A DNA stretch of 64,000 nt from assembly GCA_040768745.1 (NCBI GenBank), contig JAXGMI010000001.1, forward strand, positions 1,600,001-1,664,000, written 5' to 3'. A model generated the notes under the pieces. The model searched no databases. It was not told where the DNA came from and worked only from the letters and a program-made list of their open reading frames with translations. The stretch is from Desulfomicrobium sp. Lineage in GTDB: Bacteria > Desulfobacterota > Desulfovibrionia > Desulfovibrionales > Desulfomicrobiaceae. The translations under genes were made by a program, and so were the position numbers. Every line of letters starts with the position of its first letter. The first letter of the stretch is position 1. This document shows positions 45,758 through 55,490 of the stretch, in pieces.

Positions 45758-46645
45758 ATGAACACAAATTTTCGGCCTGTTTCTCTGGAGGGACAGGCAG
45801 AGTATAATCAAAAATTGGCACTGTGCGGGCAGAAAGCGTCCGACTACAGCTTCATCAACTTGTGGGGTTGGGGCCGCGAATACGGACTCGAGTGGTGTTT
45901 CACGGAGGAGTACGTGCTTCTTCGGCAGACTATACCCCAGACCTTGTACTGGGCTCCTATTGGGAACTGGGTGGGTGCGGATTGGAAGGCGTTACAGGAG
46001 AGCCTCCCCATGGATACATGTTTTATTCGTATCCCAGAGGAGTTGAAGAATATCTGGGAAACAAGCCTGGATGGGGTGCGAGTCAAGGAGTGCAGAGAAC
46101 ATTGGGATTATCTGTATGATGTGAGGGAATTGACCGAGCTCAAAGGACGCAAGTTCCACAACAAAAAAAATCTGGTGAATCAGTTTCTGCGCGAACATGA
46201 GTCCAGGTTTGTGATCTTGGACGAGCGGACGGTGGAGTGCGCCATGGCTTTACAGACCGATTGGTTTTTGTGGCGCAACTCGGAAAACGATCAGACCCTG
46301 GAGGCCGAAAACCGGGCCATCATCAAGGTCATGCAGGACTGGTCTCGACTGGGCGGACTGATTGGCGGGGGGCTGGTGGTGGAGAATAAAATGATTGCCT
46401 ACACCATTGCCGAGGCCCTGGACGAAAGCAGCATTGTCATTCATTTCGAGAAAGGCTGCCCATTGTTCAAAGGGGTCTATCAGGCAATCAACCAGATTTT
46501 CTTGGAGCAATGCTGCCAGGGATTCCAAACCGTCAATCGTGAGCAGGACTTGGGAGACGAAGGACTGCGCAAGGCCAAACTCAGTTACAATCCAGTCGCA
46601 TTTTTGAAAAAATACCGGGTTTGTCTGAAAGGGGGGCTCGTCTAG
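45758..46645 (+). CDS. Stand-alone DUF2156 (aminoacyl-transferase-like GNAT) protein
   Basis: DYSFINL, DYLY...LKGRKFHNKKN, IHFEKG, NREQDLGDEGLRKAKLSYNP; no TM segments. Confidence 0.82.
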   Translation: MNTNFRPVSLEGQAEYNQKLALCGQKASDYSFINLWGWGREYGLEWCFTEEYVLLRQTIPQTLYWAPIGNWVGADWKALQESLPMDTCFIRIPEELKNIWETSLDGVRVKECREHWDYLYDVRELTELKGRKFHNKKNLVNQFLREHESRFVILDERTVECAMALQTDWFLWRNSENDQTLEAENRAIIKVMQDWSRLGGLIGGGLVVENKMIAYTIAEALDESSIVIHFEKGCPLFKGVYQAINQIFLEQCCQGFQTVNREQDLGDEGLRKAKLSYNPVAFLKKYRVCLKGGLV

Positions 46646-48882
46646 TCGAGCTTTTCCCAGAATCCGCAGTCCTTGGAAGGGCAGGCCAAATGTAGTCCTC
46701 TGATCTTTGTCTCCCTGCGGACAAGAATTTTGGAGTCACAAAGGGGGCATGGTCGTGCCACGGGCTGGTCCCAGACCGCATAGTCACATTTGGGGTAGTT
46801 GCTGCAGGAGTAGAAAAGTTTTCCCCTGCGGCTGGTCTTCTCCACCAGTTCTCCTCCGCAGCCCTCGCGGGGGCAGGCCACGCCAGTGCCCATGGACTTG
46901 GAATTCCGGCACTGGGGATAGTTGGAGCAGGCTATGAACCTCCCACCGGTTTTTGTCTTTTTGACGACCATTCTCCCATTCTGACACTTGGTGCAAGGGC
47001 CGAGGTCTTCGGGAACCGGCTCCAGCGTGATCCTGATTTCTCCCTGATCATTACGGGTGTAGTTGCTGGTGAAGGAACAGGTCGGGTAATCAGCGCACCC
47101 CAGAAACGTCCCGTTCTTTCCGAACTTGACCACCAAGCGAGCCCGGTTGCACTGGGGGCAGGTCAGGCCCGTGTCCATTCCGGACTTGACCTGGGCCATG
47201 GTCTCACGCGCCTTATCCAGGGCTGGATAAAAGTCCTGTGCGAAGTTCTGGAGCAGCTCTATCCAATTGATCCCGCCTTCGGCCACGCGGTCCAGGTTTT
47301 CCTCCATGCGGGCCGTGAATCCTGCGTCCATGAGTTGGGAGAAATGTTCGACCAGCAGGTCACAGACAATAATTCCAAGATCCGTGGGAAGAAAGTGTTT
47401 GTCCTGGACCTGAACGTAGTCTCGTTCAGTCAGGGTGGAAATGATGGCCGCGTAGGTGGACGGGCGGCCGATACCCAGTTCTTCGAGTTTATGAACCAGA
47501 GATGCCTCGGAAAAACGGGCCGGGGGCTGGGTAAATTTCTGTTCCTTGTGCAGCTGTTGCAGGTGCAGCTCCTGACCGCGCAGTAGTTTGGGCAGGCCCG
47601 GGGCGTCGCTTTCTCCAGCCTGGGGCTGGATGCTCAGGAACCCCGGGAAAACGAGTCGCTCACCCTTGGCTCGCCACAGGGCTGGTCCGCTCTCAATCGT
47701 TATCACCGTATCCCAGAAGCGGGCCGAGGCCATTTGTGATGCCATGAAGCGTTCCCAGATCAGCCGATAGAGCTTGTACTGTTCAGGGGGAAGACTGGCC
47801 TTGACTGAATCAGGAGTCAGACTGGGGTCAACTGGCCGGATGGCTTCATGGGCATCCTGGGCGCTGCCCTTGCTTTTGAATACCCTGGGCTTCTCGGGGT
47901 AGAATTCCTGCCCCAGAACCGTTGAAATCCAGCTTCGGGCAGCGTCTCGGGCTTCATCGGAAATGCGGACCGAGTCAGTGCGCATGTAGGTGATGAGGGC
48001 CGTTGTCCCGTGTTGTCCAAGTTCCACGCCTTCATAAAGACGTTGAGCCACGGACATGGTGCGCTTGGCGTTGAAGCCCAGTCTGGTGCTGGCCTCCTGC
48101 TGCAGGGTGGAGGTGATGAACGGTGGACGCGGGTGACGAAGCCGCTCTTTCTCTGCGATATCACTGACCAGGTAGGGGCAGCCTGTGAGGCGCTCCTCCA
48201 AAGCCAAGGCCGCAGGCGCATTGCCTATGGAGGGCTTGAGACCGTCAACCTTCCACAGATCGGCTTCAAAGGCCGGAGGGGTCGTCCCCTGGACTCTGAT
48301 TTTGAAGCTCCAGTATTCCTCGGACACAAAGGCCTGTCGCTCCCGCTCCCGATCCACGATAAGCCGCAAGGCCACAGACTGGACCCGCCCGGCGGACAGC
48401 CCACGTTTGACTTTTTTCCACAGCAAGGGCGAAATTTTGTACCCGACTAGGCGGTCCAAAATGCGCCGAGCCTGCTGGGAATCGAACAGCGGTTTGCGCA
48501 GTTCGGTGGGGTGGGCCAGTGCTTCCTTGACTGCTTTGGATGTAATCTCGTTGAACTGGATGCGCTTCAGGTTGGGATTTGCTTTACGAATGATTTCAGC
48601 AACATGCCAAGCAATAGCCTCACCTTCGCGATCCGGGTCCGGGGCGAGGTAAACGGTATCGGCTTCCTTGGCGGCGGATTTAAGCTTGCTGACGACTTTG
48701 GCCTTGCCGGGGATGATTTGGTAGTCGGGGCTGAAGTCGTTGTCCTCGTCCACGCCGAGGGTTTTGGCCGGAAGATCCCGGACGTGGCCAACGGAAGCCT
48801 CCACCTCAAAACCGCTTCCGAGAAATTTCTTTATGGTTTTGATTTTGGCGGGTGATTCAACAATGATTAAGTCCTTGCCCAT
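46642..48882 (-). CDS. topA: DNA topoisomerase I
   Basis: IVESPAK, DPDREGE, SAGRVQS, ITYMRTDS, C-terminal Zn ribbons. Confidence 0.97.
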   Translation of the reverse strand: MGKDLIIVESPAKIKTIKKFLGSGFEVEASVGHVRDLPAKTLGVDEDNDFSPDYQIIPGKAKVVSKLKSAAKEADTVYLAPDPDREGEAIAWHVAEIIRKANPNLKRIQFNEITSKAVKEALAHPTELRKPLFDSQQARRILDRLVGYKISPLLWKKVKRGLSAGRVQSVALRLIVDRERERQAFVSEEYWSFKIRVQGTTPPAFEADLWKVDGLKPSIGNAPAALALEERLTGCPYLVSDIAEKERLRHPRPPFITSTLQQEASTRLGFNAKRTMSVAQRLYEGVELGQHGTTALITYMRTDSVRISDEARDAARSWISTVLGQEFYPEKPRVFKSKGSAQDAHEAIRPVDPSLTPDSVKASLPPEQYKLYRLIWERFMASQMASARFWDTVITIESGPALWRAKGERLVFPGFLSIQPQAGESDAPGLPKLLRGQELHLQQLHKEQKFTQPPARFSEASLVHKLEELGIGRPSTYAAIISTLTERDYVQVQDKHFLPTDLGIIVCDLLVEHFSQLMDAGFTARMEENLDRVAEGGINWIELLQNFAQDFYPALDKARETMAQVKSGMDTGLTCPQCNRARLVVKFGKNGTFLGCADYPTCSFTSNYTRNDQGEIRITLEPVPEDLGPCTKCQNGRMVVKKTKTGGRFIACSNYPQCRNSKSMGTGVACPREGCGGELVEKTSRRGKLFYSCSNYPKCDYAVWDQPVARPCPLCDSKILVRRETKIRGLHLACPSKDCGFWEKLD

Positions 48883-49009
48883 AATGTTTGGGGCCTATAT
48901 CCAGAATCCGAAGCACAGGGCAAGCGGTAATTCCCGTATATTCCGCCACTGCCGCACCGCTGGATTTTCAACCAGTCGGGAGACCCTTTACATTGACTGG
49001 ATACAACAC

Positions 49010-49927
49010 ATGTCCACCACATACCGGGCTGGATTTATCGCTCTCATTGGCCCTCCCAATGCGGGCAAATCCACGTTTCTGAACACGGTCCTGGGTGAAA
49101 AGATTGCCATTGTCTCGCCCAAGCCCCAGACCACGCGAACCAGTATCACTGGAATTCATACCACGGCCCATGAGCAGATTGTCTTTCTGGACACTCCCGG
49201 CATTCATGTGGCCCGGGGCAGGCTGAACCGTCTCCTGGTGGATACGGCCTGGAAAGCGCTCCAGGAAGCCAACGGGGCGATTCTCTTTCTCGACGGCGCA
49301 AAATATGTGGGTCATGAGACGGCGTTGGAGCGGGACACGAAACCCATGCTCGGCAGGCTCACATCCATGGGCATTCCTCTGGCAGTCGCCTTGAACAAAA
49401 TCGACCAGATCAAGCCCAAGGAAGTGCTGCTGAGCCTTTTGGCTTTTTGTTCCACACGTTGGCCTGGGGCTGAACTGGTGCCTGTTTCGGCCCGGACCGG
49501 CGAAGGATTGGAGCGGCTGCTTCATGTTGTCCGTGATTTTTTGCCAGCCAGTGACCGGATTTTCCCCGACGACCAACTCAGTACAGTTCCAGTCCGCTTT
49601 TTGGCTTCAGAAATCATCCGTGAGAAGCTTTTCATGGTTCTGGAGCAGGAACTGCCCTACAATGTGGCGGTCGAAATTGAATCCTGGGAAGAGCTGCGCG
49701 AGCAGAATATGACGGTGGTCAACGCCATCATCTACACGTCAAAAAACAGTCATAAAGGCATGATCGTGGGACGTCACGGCGAGAATCTGAAGAAGATCGG
49801 GCAACAGTCCAGGAAGGAGCTCAAAGACCTCCTCGGAACCAAGGTCCATCTTGAGTTGTGGGTCAAGGTTCGCGAAGGGTGGACCGAGGACGGCCAGTTC
49901 ATGCATTCCCTGGGCCTGGGCTCTTAA
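49010..49927 (+). CDS. era: GTPase Era
   Basis: GPPNAGKST, PQTTR, DTPG, NKID, KH domain (QELPY, LWVKV); start at ATG 49010. Confidence 0.96.
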   Translation: MSTTYRAGFIALIGPPNAGKSTFLNTVLGEKIAIVSPKPQTTRTSITGIHTTAHEQIVFLDTPGIHVARGRLNRLLVDTAWKALQEANGAILFLDGAKYVGHETALERDTKPMLGRLTSMGIPLAVALNKIDQIKPKEVLLSLLAFCSTRWPGAELVPVSARTGEGLERLLHVVRDFLPASDRIFPDDQLSTVPVRFLASEIIREKLFMVLEQELPYNVAVEIESWEELREQNMTVVNAIIYTSKNSHKGMIVGRHGENLKKIGQQSRKELKDLLGTKVHLELWVKVREGWTEDGQFMHSLGLGS

Positions 49928-49950
49928 CGAGGGGATGAAGCGAGAAAATT

Positions 49951-50637
49951 ATGGCGTTAATCAAGCGCTGGCAGGATGTTCTTGAGCTCATGTCCCTGGC
50001 TGCAGCCAAGGCTGGACGCGATCCTGGGTCCGTTCGTTTGGTGGCCGTGTCCAAGCTCCATCCTGCTCAGGATATACTGACCCTTTTTGAAGCTGGACAG
50101 CGTTCCTTCGGAGAGAATTACGTTCAGGAAGTCCTGGCCAAGATGGAGGTCCTGCCCAAAGAAATCGACTGGCACTTCATTGGGCACCTGCAAAGCAACA
50201 AGGTAAAGAGCGTGGTGGGTCGGATCGGGCTCATCCACGGACTGGATTCTCTCAAACTGGCGCATTCGTTGCATGAGCGGGCAGCAGCTATGGCTCTCGT
50301 GCAAGACGTGCTGGTGCAGGTCAACCTGGCAGAAGAAAGGCAAAAGAGTGGAATCCTTGAAGCAGACCTCCCTCATCTGGCAGAATTTCTGTCAGGTGCC
50401 AGAAACCTCCGCTGGCGGGGGCTCATGCTGATACCTCCTTTTTTTGATGACCCAGCAAAGGCCCGTCCATATTTCATCCGCCTGCGCACCCTCAACGAGA
50501 AGCTGCGCAAGGAGTACGGCCTGCCTCTTCCGGAGTTGTCCATGGGCATGACCGGCGACTTTGAGACGGCCATTGCAGAAGGCGCCACGCTGGTGCGCAT
50601 CGGGACCAAGATTTTTGGCCAGAGGAACATCCTCTGA
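49951..50637 (+). CDS. yggS: PLP homeostasis protein (YggS family)
   Basis: LVAVSK, FGENYVQE, WHFIGHLQSNK, LSMGM, VRIGT. Confidence 0.94.
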   Translation: MALIKRWQDVLELMSLAAAKAGRDPGSVRLVAVSKLHPAQDILTLFEAGQRSFGENYVQEVLAKMEVLPKEIDWHFIGHLQSNKVKSVVGRIGLIHGLDSLKLAHSLHERAAAMALVQDVLVQVNLAEERQKSGILEADLPHLAEFLSGARNLRWRGLMLIPPFFDDPAKARPYFIRLRTLNEKLRKEYGLPLPELSMGMTGDFETAIAEGATLVRIGTKIFGQRNIL

Positions 50638-50657
50638 GGGCTAAGGACGCACGTTTT

Positions 50658-51413
50658 ATGGATCTGGCCACCATCATCGGAATTCTGGTTGCCTTTGGAC
50701 TGGTCATCGCCGCCCTGGGCGGGGAAGCAGTTCTTTTTTTTGACGCATCCTCCCTCCTCATTGTCATGGGAGGGACCATCGGTGCGGTGCTGGTGACCTA
50801 TCCTTTGGAGACGGTGCTGGGTTTGATGCAGATCGTCAAAAAGACGTTCATGACCAGGGCCACGGAACCGAGCGAACTTATCCCACAGTTCGTGGACTAT
50901 GCCAACCGAGTGCGGCGTGAGGGCATTCTATCCCTGGAAGCACACGTGAAGAACATTTCTGACGATTTTTTGCGCAAGGCCTTGCAACTCACTGTGGACG
51001 GACTGGATCCACAAATGATCCAGGAAATCCTGGAGACAGAGATCGCCTGCCTGGAGGAGCGGCATCTGAAGGGGGCGGAAATCATGCAAACTTTTGGCAC
51101 CCTGGCCCCCGGGATGGGCATGGTCGGCACGATCATCGGTCTTGTGCTCATGCTCAAACGACTCAATGATCCGAGCAGCATCGGCCCGGCAATGGCCTTG
51201 GCGCTCCTCACGACATTCTACGGGGCCGTCCTGGCAAATCTCGTTTTCAACCCCATGGCGGGCAAGCTCAGGGCCAGAAGCCGGGAAGAGGTGCTGATCC
51301 GTTCCATGATCGTGGAGGGCATCATGTCCATTTCACGAGGAGAGAACCCGCGCATCCTGGAGGAAAAGCTCAATAGTTATCTCCCTCCCAGGGAACGCAT
51401 AGTCCGGCCATAG
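50658..51413 (+). CDS. motA: Flagellar stator A subunit (MotA/PomA)
   Basis: RREGILSLE, APGMGMVGTIIGL, IGPAMALALLTTFYG. Confidence 0.93.
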   Translation: MDLATIIGILVAFGLVIAALGGEAVLFFDASSLLIVMGGTIGAVLVTYPLETVLGLMQIVKKTFMTRATEPSELIPQFVDYANRVRREGILSLEAHVKNISDDFLRKALQLTVDGLDPQMIQEILETEIACLEERHLKGAEIMQTFGTLAPGMGMVGTIIGLVLMLKRLNDPSSIGPAMALALLTTFYGAVLANLVFNPMAGKLRARSREEVLIRSMIVEGIMSISRGENPRILEEKLNSYLPPRERIVRP

Positions 51414-51423
51414 GAGGCAGGGT

Positions 51424-52260
51424 ATGGTCAGGATGAAGGAGAGGGCAAAGGACCCGGATCGGCCTATCCCGCCCTGGATGATCACATTTTCCGATTTGGT
51501 TACCCTGCTAATGACGTTTTTTGTGGTTCTGGTGTCCATGGCCTCCCTGACTGACGAATATAAGCGTAAGGTGGCCCTGGGTTCCGTTTCGGGCATTTTT
51601 GGAACCGGGGCTCAGAGTCTCGATGATCTGACTACCTTGGACTTGAGGCGGAAAGTTGATCCAGGACCGATCAACGAGTTCAAAGACTTGACGCCAGTCA
51701 AGATTCGATTGCGGGAAAAGCCTGACCAGGACTTGCGTTTCGAGTCCAATCGTTTTTTCCAGCGTCTTTCCATGGGTGTTGATGCACTTTTTGCCCCTGG
51801 TTCATCGGAGTTGACGGCAAGGGGACGCGAGCTTCTCTATCAGATTCTCCCCGTGATCATGGACAGTTCCTACCCGATGATCCTTGCTGGACATGCCGGT
51901 GAGGGGCTTGAGGAATTCGGTCCGGAGTATCAGCCCAAACTGGGTTCCAAGGTCGATTTTTCATGGAGCCTTTCTTTGGCCCGTGTGCAGTCCGTATACC
52001 GCTATTTTGTCGATGCCGGCATCTCTGCGGACAAGTTGCGGATTGAGGCATTCGGTCGCTTCCGGCGGGGCGGAAGGGCTGGGGGGAAAGAGGGGGGCAC
52101 GTTCAATGGGCGGGTGGAGATCACCCTTGATAGGAGGATTGGCAGCTGGGGCCATGAAATTGCTGAAGCTACAGCCTTGCCTGCAAACGGCGAGAAGTCA
52201 AAAAACAGCATCAGCGTGAAGGACTTCCTTTTCCGTTTCGATTTGCCCGGAGGAGAATGA
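51424..52260 (+). CDS. motB: Flagellar stator B subunit 1, degenerate OmpA-like domain
   Basis: WMITFSDLVTLLMTFFVVL TM with conserved Asp24; divergent peptidoglycan-binding motifs. Confidence 0.85.
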   Translation: MVRMKERAKDPDRPIPPWMITFSDLVTLLMTFFVVLVSMASLTDEYKRKVALGSVSGIFGTGAQSLDDLTTLDLRRKVDPGPINEFKDLTPVKIRLREKPDQDLRFESNRFFQRLSMGVDALFAPGSSELTARGRELLYQILPVIMDSSYPMILAGHAGEGLEEFGPEYQPKLGSKVDFSWSLSLARVQSVYRYFVDAGISADKLRIEAFGRFRRGGRAGGKEGGTFNGRVEITLDRRIGSWGHEIAEATALPANGEKSKNSISVKDFLFRFDLPGGE

Positions 52261-52991
52261 TAACCGTGCGGAAGCGTGCAACTTCCACATCCCACGGCCC
52301 GGCCATGGTTTGGATGATCACATTCACTGATCTGATGACCTTGTTGCTGACCTTTTTTGTCCTGCTGTTGTCCATGTCCTCCATGGACAGATCAATTCTT
52401 CACGACGTGACCTCACATTTTCTCGGCGATATGGGATTGGCACCCAAAAAAGGGGCCGGGAGGATACCTGCCCAGTTCGAGATCATGAGCAACGTGTTGG
52501 TTGATCCTGTTGAGGCGCTGCACAATCCGCAGAGGATCAAGGATTTGCTTTTTCCTGACGAAGCTCTGCCCGAAGGCATGGCCCGAAGCACGCTGGAAGA
52601 AAATCTCCAGGTACTCGTGCGGCCCGAGGGAGTGGCGCTGGTGCTTTCGGACGAGCTTCTTTTCGAAACGGGGCAGAGCGATCTGCGCCCGGAAGCCAGG
52701 AAGCTTCTGTCCGGCTTTGGGGCCTTCCTGGCCAGTGTGCCTGTACCCGTCAACGTTGCAGGATACACGGACAACATTCCTGGAATCAGGAAAGATAATC
52801 ATGTGTTGTCGGGAGAGCGGGCCATGTCGGTGTTGACCTACTTTCTGGAGTTTGGATTCGAGCCTCGGCGATTCTCTGTATCGGCATACGGGGAACTCTT
52901 CCCCGTGGCTGACAATACCACGCCCGAAGGAAGGGCGAAAAACCGCAGAGTCGAAATTCTGCTCAAGACAACCGGGATAACGTATCTTTAG
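52257..52991 (+). CDS. motB: Flagellar stator B subunit 2, canonical OmpA-like domain
   Basis: WMITFTDLMTLLLTFFVLLLS; GYTD, LSGERA, NRRVEI. Confidence 0.9.
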   Translation: MITVRKRATSTSHGPAMVWMITFTDLMTLLLTFFVLLLSMSSMDRSILHDVTSHFLGDMGLAPKKGAGRIPAQFEIMSNVLVDPVEALHNPQRIKDLLFPDEALPEGMARSTLEENLQVLVRPEGVALVLSDELLFETGQSDLRPEARKLLSGFGAFLASVPVPVNVAGYTDNIPGIRKDNHVLSGERAMSVLTYFLEFGFEPRRFSVSAYGELFPVADNTTPEGRAKNRRVEILLKTTGITYL

Positions 52992-53008
52992 GCCCGGATT
53001 TCGCATAT

Positions 53009-53569
53009 ATGCAGCAGGAGGGACAGATGGCTGACAAAAAGGTACAAGCCCCGGAAAAAGAAGAGAAGAAAGGCAGGATTAAGCTGAAGCTGACTATTCT
53101 GCTTCTAGTTGTCCTCGGAGTGCTGGGCGCAGGCGGATTTGCAGCCTGGAAGTTTTACGTTCAGCCCAGGATGACTCAATGGATGCAGGGGAACGCCACC
53201 TCCACGGACGTGAGCGGTCAGGGAGAGACCAGGAAAGCGGAGGACAAGGGAGGTTATCCCGCTGCAGGGGGACAACTGGTGACCCTGGAGCCATTTGTGG
53301 TCAACCTTGCAGACCCCATGGGCCGGCGCTACCTCAAGGCGAATATGGATGTGGAGGTGACTGACGGGGACGTGGCAGCAGAGTTGAATGCGGCTATGCC
53401 CAAGATCAAGGATGCCCTTTTGCTGCTGCTCTCGAGCAAATCTTTTGCAGACATCAGCAGCATGGACAAAAAGATCGAACTGAAGAACGAGATTGTTGAC
53501 AGGTTGAATCTGATCATTGGCAAGGCCAAGGTGCGGAATGTGTACTTTACGGAATTCGTGGTGCAGTAA
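53009..53569 (+). CDS. fliL: Flagellar basal body protein FliL
   Basis: One TM helix, FVVNLAD, VYFTEFVVQ; alternative start at 53027. Confidence 0.93.
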   Translation: MQQEGQMADKKVQAPEKEEKKGRIKLKLTILLLVVLGVLGAGGFAAWKFYVQPRMTQWMQGNATSTDVSGQGETRKAEDKGGYPAAGGQLVTLEPFVVNLADPMGRRYLKANMDVEVTDGDVAAELNAAMPKIKDALLLLLSSKSFADISSMDKKIELKNEIVDRLNLIIGKAKVRNVYFTEFVVQ

Positions 53570-53587
53570 GTCAAATTCGGGCGGCGT

Positions 53588-54565
53588 ATGAGCAAGATTC
53601 TCAATCAGGAAGAGGTCGATGCCCTGCTGCGTGGCATTTCGGGGGGAGAGATCGAAACCGAAGATGAGGTTGTTGAGACTCCCGGGGGCATTGTTTCCTT
53701 TGACCTGGCCAACCAGGATCGGATCATCCGCGGGCGCATGCCTGTCTTGGAGATCATCAATGACCGTTTTTCGAGGTTGATTACCAGTGCATTGGCCAAC
53801 ACCATGCGCAAACGTGTCGACGTGAACCCTATCTCCATCGACATGTCCAAGTTCGGGGAGTTCATGCGTTCCCTGCCTGTGCCGACAAGCATAAACATAT
53901 TCAAAATCGATCCGTTGCGCGGCAATGCCCTTCTCGTGGTGGACACGCGCCTGGTGTTCTCCCTGGTGGAAAATTTTTTTGGCGGCGCAGGCACCCAGCC
54001 CAAAATCGAAGGCCGTGATTTTACTCCCATTGAGCAGTCCATCATCACCAAGGTGGTCAAGATCATTCTCTCCAACCTCGAAGATGCTTGGCGGCCGGTG
54101 CACGAGGTCAGCATCGAACTCCTTCGTTCGGAAATAAATCCGCAGTTTGCCACCATCGTGCCTCCAAGCGATGTGGTTGTTGTCATCTCCTTTGAAGTGG
54201 AGCTGGAGAACGCCTTGGGTTCCATGCTTTTGGCACTGCCCTACGCCACCATTGAACCCATCCGATCCAAGCTCTATGCCGCCTTCCAGACGGAGCGGTT
54301 GGAAATCGACCATGCCTGGATTTCTCGCTTCCGGGACAGGCTCATGGAAACTCCTGTGGACCTGGAAGTCACTTTTGGAACCACCCAGTTGACCGGGCGG
54401 CAGATCTTGAACTTACAGGTGGGGGATATCATCCTCCTGGATCAGGACGAAGAGGATCTCCTTTCTGCCCAGGTGCAAGGCATCCTGAAATTTTTTGGAC
54501 AGCCTGGCTTCGTCAAGGGCAACAAGGCGTTCAAAGTCATCAAGGAACAGGAACTCAATTACTAG
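53588..54565 (+). CDS. fliM: Flagellar motor switch protein FliM
   Basis: LNQEEVDALL CheY-binding motif, RDFTPIE, EINPQF. Confidence 0.96.
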   Translation: MSKILNQEEVDALLRGISGGEIETEDEVVETPGGIVSFDLANQDRIIRGRMPVLEIINDRFSRLITSALANTMRKRVDVNPISIDMSKFGEFMRSLPVPTSINIFKIDPLRGNALLVVDTRLVFSLVENFFGGAGTQPKIEGRDFTPIEQSIITKVVKIILSNLEDAWRPVHEVSIELLRSEINPQFATIVPPSDVVVVISFEVELENALGSMLLALPYATIEPIRSKLYAAFQTERLEIDHAWISRFRDRLMETPVDLEVTFGTTQLTGRQILNLQVGDIILLDQDEEDLLSAQVQGILKFFGQPGFVKGNKAFKVIKEQELNY

Positions 54566-54574
54566 GGGACAGAG

Positions 54575-55141
54575 ATGGTTGAAGATCAGGACAAGTTGGC
54601 TGCAGAATGGGCCGCAGCCCTCGAGCAGCAGGCCGCAGAAACTGGGGTTGCAAAGAGCGAGCAGGATCTGTCCGACGCATGGACGAATGCGTTGCAGGAA
54701 CAGGATAAGGCCGGCTCTGACCGGGCGTTGGCGGACGAGTGGGCCAAGGCCTTGGCCGATGAAGAGCAGAGTAAAATCCACAAGGAAAAGAAGCAGAAGC
54801 AGCTTTCAGCCAAGAGCAGGGATTTTGAGTACAAGGATTTGACAGGCGAGGCCAAGGCCGCAAAGAAAGAAGAAAGCGTCCGCAGAGACCTGGATTTCAT
54901 TCTGGATATCCCCTTGGATGTCTCGGCTCAGCTGGGGAGCACAAAGCTCCTGATCAATGAACTCCTGCAACTGGGTCAGGGTTCGGTCATCGAGCTGAAC
55001 AAGCTGGCAGGAGAGCCCCTGGAGATCATGGTCAACGGGAAACTCGTGGCGCGGGGTGAGGCGGTGGTCATCAACGAGAAGTTCGGGGTGCGCTTGACGG
55101 ACATCATCAGTCCCATCGAACGGGTGAAGCAGCTTGGATAA
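54575..55141 (+). CDS. fliN: Flagellar motor switch protein FliN
   Basis: ILDIPL, GSVIELNKLAGEPL, GEAVVINEKFGVR. Confidence 0.95.
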   Translation: MVEDQDKLAAEWAAALEQQAAETGVAKSEQDLSDAWTNALQEQDKAGSDRALADEWAKALADEEQSKIHKEKKQKQLSAKSRDFEYKDLTGEAKAAKKEESVRRDLDFILDIPLDVSAQLGSTKLLINELLQLGQGSVIELNKLAGEPLEIMVNGKLVARGEAVVINEKFGVRLTDIISPIERVKQLG

Positions 55142-55490
55142 TGCAACGATGACCGGCGCTGGGCTGGGGCTCGGGCTTGCATCAGTCAAAATGGCCGCAG
55201 CCTTGCTTGTGCTTCTGGCTGTCATTTTTCTGGGGTTGGCCCTGCTCAAACGCTATGGCGTGGCCGCCCGCCTGCAAGGGCGCGGATCAGGCCTGCTGCA
55301 GGTCGAGGAGCGGGTCTCCCTTTCTCCACGCAAACAGCTGGTGGTGGTCCGGTTTTTGAATAGGCTCCTGGTGGTAGGCGTAACCGATACCGGCATCACC
55401 CTCATTGCCGAACACCAGGAAGATCATGAAACAGACAGGAATTTTCAAAGCGCCTTGGAGCGCGAGAACGGGAAGAATTCTTCTCGTTAG
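55134..55490 (+). CDS. fliO: Flagellar biosynthesis protein FliO
   Basis: TM helix followed by LSPRKQLVVV...LVVGVT; lies between fliN and fliP. Confidence 0.88.
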   Translation: MDNATMTGAGLGLGLASVKMAAALLVLLAVIFLGLALLKRYGVAARLQGRGSGLLQVEERVSLSPRKQLVVVRFLNRLLVVGVTDTGITLIAEHQEDHETDRNFQSALERENGKNSSR

